Origin: a virus
Length of the DNA: 64,000 nt
Direction: 5' to 3' (one strand)
IMG/VR virus record: IMGVR_UViG_3300008259_000057
Coordinates: 4,572 to 68,571 of that record
In this document: positions 27,985 through 38,200 of the stretch, one piece after another
Layout: each line of letters opens with the position of its first letter
Numbering within the stretch: position 1 is the stretch's first letter
Program-made: the position numbers and the translations under genes
Notes under the pieces: generated by a model
Databases searched by the model: none
What the model was told of the DNA's origin: nothing
The model's input: the letters and a program-made list of their open reading frames with translations, nothing else

Positions 27985-28965
27985 ATGCGAATAACACTTG
28001 GGGAGGCTAGACCTCAATTATATCAAGCAATTGTTCCTTCGATTGATAGCCAATCGAATATAGATCGCTTTAATTCATATCTTAATCTCGCGCAGGAAAG
28101 ATTGATTAACAGCGGGAAGTGGAACGGAACAATCCTCCCAGTTCGTTTTTATTCGCCTAGTGGGATGATTACGCTTCCTCGCAGATTCGTTTCCGCGCTT
28201 GCTGCCAAATGGCACAAGAATACAGGAACGGATAGCTGGGCTACTGGACCAATTAAGATTCGTAACGGATGGTTCTCATATCTCAATCCAATCTCTGATT
28301 TGTGGACAGCTTCGTATTGGCCTAGATACGGCTACAACGAAACATTCTTTGACGATCTCGGAGATGGATTCGTGACATTCGCTAATACTACATTTGAGAC
28401 ATATACGCTCAAGCTGGAGATCGAGAATGCTAGTGACGCAGGCGAATCTGTTGTTATTAAAGGCAAGGACGCGAATAACAATGATGTAACAATCCAAGTA
28501 ACGCTTGCAAATCCGACTGCAACAAACGCTCAAATATTCAAGGGGCCAATTACATTTTTCAGCAAGCCAATGACTGTTGGCAATGTTAACCTTTTTGCTG
28601 TTAACGGAGTAAACGAAGAGCAGATCGGAGCATACGAGGCAACAGAGACAACTGCTAGCTATCATCGCTATGCAGTCCCCAACGAGCCTACAATTAATTA
28701 CCTAGATGTTCTCTGCAAGATTCGCTTCGTTCCATGTGTTTACGATACAGACGAAGTTATCGTATCAAACCTCGGCGCACTCAAGAATATGCTGATGTCC
28801 TTGAAGTGGGAGGATGAAGGTGATATGGAACGATCTGAAATGTATTTTATGAAAGCATTGCAATTACTAAACGGAGAAAACCGAGAGGTTCGCGGAGGAT
28901 CGCAATGGAAATTGAATATAGATCGAGCTGCAATGCAGTTTGAAAACCTTTGGCCCGGAAGATAA
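27985..28965 (+). CDS. putative head-tail adaptor/tail tubular protein
   Basis: ITLGEAR...YLNLAQERLI..GKW helical N-terminus and gene context. Confidence 0.45.
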   Translation: MRITLGEARPQLYQAIVPSIDSQSNIDRFNSYLNLAQERLINSGKWNGTILPVRFYSPSGMITLPRRFVSALAAKWHKNTGTDSWATGPIKIRNGWFSYLNPISDLWTASYWPRYGYNETFFDDLGDGFVTFANTTFETYTLKLEIENASDAGESVVIKGKDANNNDVTIQVTLANPTATNAQIFKGPITFFSKPMTVGNVNLFAVNGVNEEQIGAYEATETTASYHRYAVPNEPTINYLDVLCKIRFVPCVYDTDEVIVSNLGALKNMLMSLKWEDEGDMERSEMYFMKALQLLNGENREVRGGSQWKLNIDRAAMQFENLWPGR

Positions 28966-28968
28966 ACT

Positions 28969-29982
28969 ATGCCTACATTTTCTCAGACGCCCGGAGAGTT
29001 GAATATCGAATCAGTTGTAGGAACTGATTTTCTTTGCACTCTTAATTTCGATATAAATATTTCATCGTATGATTTTGAGGCTGGGATTGTATTAAATGAA
29101 TTTCCGTCAAAGGTAATATATCCTATTACAGCAACAAAGTCTGGGACAAATATTGTAAACCTCTCATTAAGTAAAATCCAGTCATCTGAAATCGGTGCTA
29201 TTTCAAAAAGAAAATGGTATCTAAATCGGCTTTTTAATGGGACTAGGCAAACGCTTATTTCTGGCAGATTTGAATTATCAGATATTCCAATTGGTCAAAA
29301 TAACGGATTGGATAACAATGTTATTGTTTCAACATACAACATTAACATATACGCTTCAGCAATTTCTGCAATGGGTGCAACTGGAGCTACCGGACCTCAA
29401 GGTGTATCTGGAACTACTGGAGCTACTGGTGCTACAGGATCAGGAGCAACTGGTGCAACTGGAGTTCAAGGGGCTACTGGTGAACAATCTCCAGCAGGCG
29501 GTATTAGGTGGCCTTATGTATCTGATGGCTCGACATTGGTTTACAATATATCTGGGGCATTATCAACTTTATCAACAGCATACATAGTTGCATTTGATGG
29601 TGTTATTCAAGACCCAATTTATTACACGATTAGCTCTGGATCGCCATATACAATTACTTTATCAACCGCCCCAGCGAGCGGAGTAAATATAATTATTGTT
29701 TCGCTTAATGGCGTTGCTGGCCCGCTTGGGGCAACAGGCGCTACTGGAATTGGGTCTACTGGAGCCACGGGATTGACTGGCCCTACAGGCCCAAGCGGAG
29801 GTCCAACAGGAGCTACTGGTCCTCAGGGCGCGACTGGTCCTCAGGGCGCGACTGGTCCTCAGGGCGCTACTGGCGTTGGAGCTACTGGCGCGACTGGCCC
29901 TGCAATAACATTACCAGCAGGTAGCGGTATTCTTGCAATAGATAATGGGATTTTATACATTGTCGGAACAACCGGATGTTAA
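28969..29982 (+). CDS. collagen-like fibre protein
   Basis: GAT/GPQ triplets flanking a DG..Q...YTI...T.S.P beta domain. Confidence 0.7.
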   Translation: MPTFSQTPGELNIESVVGTDFLCTLNFDINISSYDFEAGIVLNEFPSKVIYPITATKSGTNIVNLSLSKIQSSEIGAISKRKWYLNRLFNGTRQTLISGRFELSDIPIGQNNGLDNNVIVSTYNINIYASAISAMGATGATGPQGVSGTTGATGATGSGATGATGVQGATGEQSPAGGIRWPYVSDGSTLVYNISGALSTLSTAYIVAFDGVIQDPIYYTISSGSPYTITLSTAPASGVNIIIVSLNGVAGPLGATGATGIGSTGATGLTGPTGPSGGPTGATGPQGATGPQGATGPQGATGVGATGATGPAITLPAGSGILAIDNGILYIVGTTGC

Positions 29983-30063
29983 TATTAGTTAGAACTAACT
30001 TGTTTGTAATTGTGAATGGATAGAATTACTGATAATACTGTTAAACAATAAACGACTAAAGAT

Positions 30064-31332
30064 ATGGCAACAATCCCTTCACGAAAGGCTACATTTACAG
30101 AGGAAGAGAAGCGGAAGCTCGTCGAGGGAACTGACGCGCAAGGAAAGCCATTGAGTGAATCGGAGAAGATGAAGCTCTCCAAGATGCACACTGCTAGAAC
30201 GCTGGGTGCTGATTGGCGCGAGAGAGGCGCTGAAAGGATGAAAGCTGAAGAGCCTGCTAGAGCGCAGCAAGCGTTAGCAGAAAGAGCCGCTGCAAACAGA
30301 AAGACGCAATACGAATCTCCACTTCAAGAAACCGTTACTAAGGCAGAGATTGATCTTCCCGGTGGAGGCAAGGTAAAGTATGGCATCGACACGCTCGCTA
30401 GGATGCGCGATTTCGAGACAAAACAAGCTGAAGAAAAAGCTGCGCTACAAGCCAAGAGGGAAGGTGCGCTTTCTGCAATGCGTCAGAAGGCTGGAACTGC
30501 GCTTAGACAGAGATACGAGGACGAGTTAGCTTCTCGCGGATTTGCGCCACCTAAGACTAGGCAGGATCAGGAGGCTATTGATAGGGCTAGGATGGATGAA
30601 TTTAGAACAATCTCGGACGCAAAGGAGATTGCTAGAGAAAAATCTAATACAGCATTAAAGGATTACAAATACTTTGATGCTCTCGCCAAACAAGCCGCCG
30701 TTTCAGGCAGAACAAAGGAAGCCGAGGATTTGGCTGAGATGGCTAGAGAAACTGGCGGACTTATTAAAAACTCATCAGCTAGAAGGAAGTTCATTGAAGA
30801 TCAAGAGATGAACAAGGCTAGGGCATTGATTAGCGAAAAGACAAAGGCTCGCATTTCTAAAACGCAGGCGCAGAATACTTCTAATCCAGAGGCAACTGTT
30901 AGCGGATACAGAGATTTTGTTGCTGGAGTTAATCAAGAACCATTGTCTACTCCGCCTCCTACTTTGTATCAAGTCTTTGCTGGGAAATATGGCAAGGGAG
31001 CGTCTGGAAGATATGTAAAGCCAGAAGGCCCAACAGCGCGATCAATTAAAGAGAAATCTAAGGCCAAAGCAGAAACTAAAGTTAAGGAAGAATCAACTCC
31101 TCTCAGTGCAGGCATTAAGAAACTCCAAGAGCAAGAAGCGGCTAAAAATTTAGAATCAAATAAGAAAAAGATACAAGAATACGAACGCGAGATTGATGCT
31201 TTATCAAATCCATCAACAAGACCAATTGGATCAGAATTACCATTCCGATCTAAGACTTTAAGGGAGTTGAAGCGTGACGAAAATAGAATTATAGAAATTC
31301 GGAAGAAAATAAAATCCCTAAAGGAATCCTAA
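30064..31332 (+). CDS. putative internal virion protein
   Basis: helical, charged; precedes the giant protein. Confidence 0.45.
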   Translation: MATIPSRKATFTEEEKRKLVEGTDAQGKPLSESEKMKLSKMHTARTLGADWRERGAERMKAEEPARAQQALAERAAANRKTQYESPLQETVTKAEIDLPGGGKVKYGIDTLARMRDFETKQAEEKAALQAKREGALSAMRQKAGTALRQRYEDELASRGFAPPKTRQDQEAIDRARMDEFRTISDAKEIAREKSNTALKDYKYFDALAKQAAVSGRTKEAEDLAEMARETGGLIKNSSARRKFIEDQEMNKARALISEKTKARISKTQAQNTSNPEATVSGYRDFVAGVNQEPLSTPPPTLYQVFAGKYGKGASGRYVKPEGPTARSIKEKSKAKAETKVKEESTPLSAGIKKLQEQEAAKNLESNKKKIQEYEREIDALSNPSTRPIGSELPFRSKTLRELKRDENRIIEIRKKIKSLKES

Positions 31333-31356
31333 TTATACCGCTTACTTTTTATTAAA

Positions 31357-32226
31357 ATGGCAAACAGAAGATACAGATCATATCGGCAAGAACCAAGGGA
31401 CGAGTATTCTCCTGATTTCTCAAGTAGGGGATATGAATTAGAAATGAAGGCATTGCAGAGGCAACCTTCATTTAGCAAGTTTGATTACTCAAAGCTAGAA
31501 GAAGACTATCCAGTTACAACGATAGCTGAAGACTTTATGATTAAAGAGAGGAAGCGTCAGGAGCAAAAAGGTCTTCAGGAGGAGATCAATTACAGAAAGT
31601 CGCTCATCGAAGATAGAGCTTCCCAGCTTGAGCTAAAGAAAGCCGCTAGAGACTTGGATATGTATGAGTCTCAGATCAACCGAGAAGACGCAATGCTGGA
31701 GCAGATTCCTATCGCTAGGCAGAAGTTAGCTGATTTGGATGTCCGTGATCCTAACTTCATCAACAAAGCATACGACATTCAAGACGAGCATCCGATGGCT
31801 TTCGAGAGCCAAGAGTTTCAGAAGTATGTATTCCAGCCAATGCTGAATCGCAACTCGCGTCTGTCAGGTCGCAAGCAAGAGGGCGTTATCACTCCAGATG
31901 ACGCAAAGAAAGCGATGGATGAGATTATGAAGTATGAGACGCTGAAAGAGCAGGAGTATCCAGACGAGGATCATCCTGAACAGCTTCGGAATTATCTCGG
32001 CATTCAGCAAAACACGCTAAACCAATTTTATTCTCAAAGAGGAATGGCTAATCCGATGGGAGCAACTGCACCACAGCAAGGCGGAATTGCGCCACAACCT
32101 GCGTTGGCTCCATCAGTTGAAGATTCAGATACTACTACTGCGAGAAGATTAATTTCGAGAAGACCTGAATTGAAGGACGAGATAAATAGAAGATTGATTT
32201 CGGCGGGGAAACCTCCTATTGAATAG
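31357..32226 (+). CDS. putative internal virion protein
   Basis: helical, charged; abuts the giant protein. Confidence 0.45.
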   Translation: MANRRYRSYRQEPRDEYSPDFSSRGYELEMKALQRQPSFSKFDYSKLEEDYPVTTIAEDFMIKERKRQEQKGLQEEINYRKSLIEDRASQLELKKAARDLDMYESQINREDAMLEQIPIARQKLADLDVRDPNFINKAYDIQDEHPMAFESQEFQKYVFQPMLNRNSRLSGRKQEGVITPDDAKKAMDEIMKYETLKEQEYPDEDHPEQLRNYLGIQQNTLNQFYSQRGMANPMGATAPQQGGIAPQPALAPSVEDSDTTTARRLISRRPELKDEINRRLISAGKPPIE

Positions 32227-32228
32227 TT

Positions 32229-35200
32229 ATGGGACTTTTCGATGATCTTCTTGAAGAAGATGAATTAACTCAGCAACCCGTCCAACCTCAAAGCCAAAGC
32301 CGCCAAGGTGGACTTTTTGACGATCTTCTTGAAGAGGATGATATCGCGCCAGCAACTCAACAGCCAGCGGCACAACCTGCATATCAGTATGATCATAGTG
32401 GATTCCGCAGGAAGAAACCTGTAGCAGCAGAGCCAAAACCAGAAGAGCAAGGCATCCTTCGCCAAGTAGCAGACATCCCGCTAGGAATCGCCCGTGGTGG
32501 AGTTACAGGCATTAAGATGATGACTGACATCTTGGGGGCAGATAACGCTGTGTCGAAATCACTCGCTGGAGTTGAGGGATACATGGCTGATTTGATGTCG
32601 GCGCAAGCTAAAGAAGACCAGCAAGAGATTTCTCGCATTATGAAGGATGCCGAGGACAAGGGATTCGGCGAGCAGGTTAAGGCTGGTATCAAAGCATTCA
32701 GTATCGCCCCAGTCGATATTATGTCGCAAGCCTTAGGAACGATGGCTCCGGTTATCGCTACAGGTCTTGCAGGTAGTGCAGCCAAACTGGGTGCATTGGG
32801 TATGCGAGCAGTTCAAGCTGGCGTTGGTGCTGGCATGGGTGCTGGTATGATTAAGGGCGAGATTTACAACGAGGTTAAGAACGAGCTAGTCAACTCAGGT
32901 ATCGCAGAAGACGCAGCGGAGAAAGCTGCTGTAGATGCTCAGTCTTACGGAGGCAAGAACCTAGATCAGATTCTCCTTGGAGCAGGACTTGGCGCAGCAT
33001 CTACGCTTGGCGCTGAAGGCATCATTACCAGAATCCTTACGAAGCAAGGAACCGCTCCTGCTGCTGGTGTAGTCTCTCGCGTATTGAAGGGCGGACTTAC
33101 TGAAGCTGCCCCTGAAGCAGCGCAGGCAGCACAAGAGCAACTTGCAAAGAATGTCGCACTCCAGAGAGAAGGCTTCGATATTGATCCTTCTCGCGGAGTC
33201 GTTGCCGCTGCTACGATGGAAGCCGTTGCCGCCGCACCGCTGGGTGGTATTGCTGGTGCAGTTGAAAGACCAGCGCCTATCAAGACTCTCGCTGAAGAGA
33301 ACCTTGAGCAGACTAACGAGATCGCTAGGAAGGTTGCAGAGAACGGCGCACCGCTTACCGCATCCGCTATTCAGGACCAAGCAGCAACCAATCTCAGACA
33401 GGACGAACTAGCCAAGCAACTAGAGGCACAGCTTGAAGAGGAGCTTGTCGCAGTTAAAGAACCTACCGCCGCACCTCCAGCGATTAAGTCTAAAGAAGAA
33501 TTTACAGCTATCTACTCGCAGGTAGCCCCAGAAGAACTAGACGCAGCAGAGGCAGGCTTTACGAATACCATAGCTACCGCCGCTACAGAAGAGGCCCGTG
33601 CTAACGCACAGAACGCCCTAGAAGCGATTAAAGAGGTTAAGGCTACCGTTACACCTCCTGCGCCTACAGTAAGCGCCATTGAGAGAATTAATGAAAAAAG
33701 AATAGAACTTGATAGCCGAGCCAAGAAATTTGGATCAGATAGCGTAAGGCAATTTAACACGCAAAACGCATTAAGAGAAGATTTACCAGAAGACCAGAAT
33801 ACCCTTCTAAATGATTATGCAAATCTAAACGCAGAGATTAAAGGTCTCCCGTGGAGAGATGCTTCTCAATTATCGCCTGAACAATTTTCGATATGGGAAA
33901 AGCCAAGGTTTACAGAAAAGGCGCAACAAGAACAAGATTTAACGGACCTTGGTAAATTATCTTTAGCCTATGATTCTCGTGGAGATACCCAAAAAGCAGA
34001 AAAAACAAATAGCATAATTGAAGAAAGTAAACGCAAATCTGATTGGACTATAGATTTATGGGCTGAAAGATTTGACGAATCAAAAACTCAAGAAGAAATC
34101 AATGAAATCAATTCAGAAAATATTGATTGGAATGACAGTGTTGATTCTGTTTTAGAAATAATTAAACAAAGAAAAAAGCCAGTTACACCCGCAGTTCCGA
34201 CTGCACAACCACCAATAACAGATGCCACTCAAGAAATCATCCAGCCAGAAGGCGTTCGTCAAGAACCTCAAGACAGAGTTGAAGGCGAAACGCCCGATGA
34301 AACAATCGCTCGCAATCGCATATTCGGTGCAGCGCGAGGCCAAGAAGAAGGGCAAGTAGCCCCGACTCCAGAACCTATTATCTCGGAAATTCCTGCAACT
34401 TCCGAGTTAGTAGGTGCAGAACCAACGCAACCTACTATCAGAGAAGTTCCTGAGATTTCTCCAATCGTAGGTGCGGAGCCTGCCGCTATTGTTGAACAAG
34501 AGCCTGTTGCGCCAACCGAAGCAGCCACCGCCCCTGTAACGACTCCTCCTGTAACAGAAGCCGTTACACCAGAGGTTGCGCCTGCAAATCCTCCCAAGGT
34601 AAATGAGGTTATTGCTGTAGATAGAAAAAATAATACAGAGTTCGCTTTGGTAAAAGGATTGCTTCCAGAAAGACCAGATATGTTCTCAATCGGTATTCGA
34701 TTGATTGGGTCAACTCAACCATTTGAAAGCGGTGGATATGGACACAATACAAACAAAGATCGCATCATGCAGCGATTCTTTGAAAAAGAAAGAACAAGAT
34801 TGCAGGACATTGAAGTTAAAAATCAATACTTCAAAAACATTCTTTCTGAAGAGGAAGCCAAAGTTTCTGAAATAGAAACCCAAAAAGCAGCAGATAAAAT
34901 TGCTCAAGAGGAACAACAGCGTGTATTCAATGAGCAAAAATCAAGCTACGAAGAAGCCATATCTAAAGTAAAACTTCCTACTGGTAAGTCCGAAACAATG
35001 CGATTTACCGCGCCCGATGGATCAGAGCAGGCGTTAGATTCTACACGATATGGAAACATTGGAATACGAAAGGTTACATCTGGAAAAAAACCTCTCTATA
35101 ATGTCGATCATTGGCACTCTGGGTTAAGAATTACACAAGTTGCTTCATTGTCTGAAGCTAAAAAATTAGCCCAAGCAATCATTGCATCAGGAGCAGATAT

Positions 35201-38200
35201 ATCTTCAAAAGAAATTAAAGAATCTGAACTTGAAAAGATGCGTCCTGTTGTGAGGTATTTTTTAAGGGGCGAATCAGTCCCACAACTGCCCACCCCCGCA
35301 GTATCGGAAACAATAACACCCGCCGCAGAACCCGAAGGTAAAGCAGTAACTCCAGCGCAAGAAGATGTGAAGGTTAGCAGGTATCGTAAATTCCTTGGAG
35401 AAAGTGCGCCACAAGCAATATCTGAAGCAAAAAATGCTCTATCTACATTCAAGACTACAATGCTTGGCAAGCGCGGTGATAGCCCATTTCAAGCAGAACC
35501 AAGATTGCGTGAACTTAAAAATGTAATTTCGCTATTCGTTGCAAATAGATTGAATGTAACAAATCAAAACGCAGATCAAATTGCGGAGCAAATCATTCTT
35601 GGTAAGCCAAACATAGTTGATAAGGTAACGGAGCTAAAGCCTATCAAGGCTAAAGAGCTTGATGATATTGAAGCAAATCGCTCTGCAATCATGCGATTCG
35701 GATATGAGTTAGATGACAAGAAAACATATCGTCATCCGCGAGAAGCTGAAGTAATCGCAGCAACACCCGCCGCAGAACCAGCAGGTATCTCCGTAGGCAA
35801 CCGCATCAAGCTAGGCAAGTCCCCGCAGACATACACTATCGAAGAAGTCATCCCGCAGTCCGCAACAGAGCGTGAGCTAGGCGAGCAGTATTACTCTGTA
35901 AAGAACGAGAGGACAGGCGAGACGCAGGTTGTCGAGGCGAGAGATTTGCGACAGGTAAAGGGCAAGGGAGCTAGGAAGATTGCTGCCGCTACTCGTAACG
36001 AAGAGTATATGCGCCTCGCTCAAGACCCAGAGGCTAACCGCGAGCAGTTGCAGAGGATGGTGGATGAGGCGGCGAAGAATGCGGGGTATACTGTTGATGG
36101 GTGGCATCGAACGGATGCCGATTTCACAATCTTCAAACCATCTCCTGATTCCCAAATGATTTACTTTGGGTTGGACGAAAAGGGAGTTGATGCTTTCTTG
36201 GAGCGATACGCTGGGCGGAAGGTTAAGGCATATCTGCGTTCAGCAAAACCGCTAAACACAAAAGACACGCCGATTCCTTACCGTGAGGCAGATAGGAATA
36301 GACCTCTGGCAAATACCGATTACGACTCTGTTTTTGTCAGAGATGAAACTGGGTTAAGTATCGCTGTAAAAGACCCATCCCAAATCAAATCCGCCGACCC
36401 CGTAACATACGATGACGAAGGCAACATCATTCCGCTTGAAGAAAGATTCCAGCCAACATCTCCAGACATTCGCCGCCAAGCAATCGACACTACTCCAGAA
36501 GGCATCTTAATCACGCCTCCAGACCAGCAATACACTTTCAATGAAGTCTTCGATGTCGCATACGATATGTTCGGCGGGGAAATCCCAGAAGGCTTTACAA
36601 TCGTCAACGACAGCAAGGATAAAGACTTTGAGTTCAAGGCAGCGTATATCCCAGAGTCGGGAGAGATCATCGTCAACCTCGCTTACCTGAATAAGAACGA
36701 CGACATCCGCGATACGATTACTCACGAACTCGGCCACTACATCTACGGCGATCCAAAGTTCCGCGCAGCATTCGATCAGTTTATTGCATCGCTCTCTCCA
36801 GAGGCTAGAGCCGACTTGGATGCGTATGTCGATACGGCATACAACAAAGAGACAGGCGAAATCCGCTTGGAGGAGAAGATGGTCAGAGCTTTCGTGGATC
36901 AGTTCATTAACGAAGAGCAGGCTCCCGCTTGGCGCAGTATGCTGGACGCTATTAAGCGATTCCTGAACAAGCTAGGCTTTAAGTTCAACATCAGCGATAG
37001 AGACGCTATCTCGGTCTTTACCGCAGCACTTGACCGATACAAGGCAGGAGAGGCTATCTCGCGTGAAGGCGGGGCTAGAAAGATAATCGACGATCTGACT
37101 GCGATGGATGGAGAGTATCTTGCAGCGGTAGAGGAAGCCAAAAAGACTGGCGACCTTACCAAGGTGCAGAGGATGGTGGATGAGGCGGCGAAGACGGCAA
37201 TGCCCAAGTCAGTAGTTACTGAACCAATGATTTCCTCAAAGGAGAAGCTGGCAGATAAACCGCTTTTAAAGGTTTACCACGGAACAGATGCCCAGTTTAA
37301 TGTGTTTGAGAGGGGCAGAAAAGGTGTAACAGACTTTGGGTTCCTTGGGGTTATAGAAGGTGAGAGGAACGGCATTTTCTTTGCTGAGAATAAAGACTTT
37401 GCGAAGACTTTTGCAAAGTCCAAGGGTGGGGATCGTGTTGTTCCAGCATTCCTAAACATCGCCATGCCTTTCGAGCTTCAAGATGCCCAAAGCATCATTG
37501 AATCTCGTGAACTTGGGAGTGAGTTTAGTATTGACTACAACATGGCTCGCTGGTTTTTCAGCAGGTCAAACAAATGGGAGGCTTTTGACGACGCTGACGG
37601 AAAAGCATTTGTTGATTGGCTTGAATCAAAGGGGTTTGATGGAGCGCGCATACAGGAAGAAGGAATTGGTTTGCCAGATGAGCCTACACAAGATGTGTGG
37701 GTTGCTCTCAGCCCATTCCAAATAAAATCCGCAGACCCTGTAACCTTTGATGACGCAGGCAATGTAATCCCTCTCTCGCAGAGGTTCCGCCCAACCTCGC
37801 CTGATATTCGCAGGATGGCAGTGGAGCCAGCACCTAAACGCCGCAAGGAGCAGGTCGGTGGAGCAGAGCGTGAAGAGACAAGATACATCACGACACCTAA
37901 AGGTATCTTGAGCATGAACACCGATGTTCTGCGAGAGAAGTTCTTCGACGGAACTAGCGTATCTCCTGAGAAGACAACGCAGGCGTGGGGATATATTTCA
38001 AGACTGCTAGACATTAAGAGCGGTAACGCGAATGAGCTTGCTGGAGAGATTAACGATACGGTTGACGCTGACCTTTTAGCAAAACGAGAGGCAGCAATAG
38101 CTGCTGGCGAGAAGGTTGATCCAGAAGAAGATGTTAGCAAGCGAATTGGCGCAGCGATGTTTAGCGTTGAGTTGATGAACTACGCAGGCAGATTGGCAGA

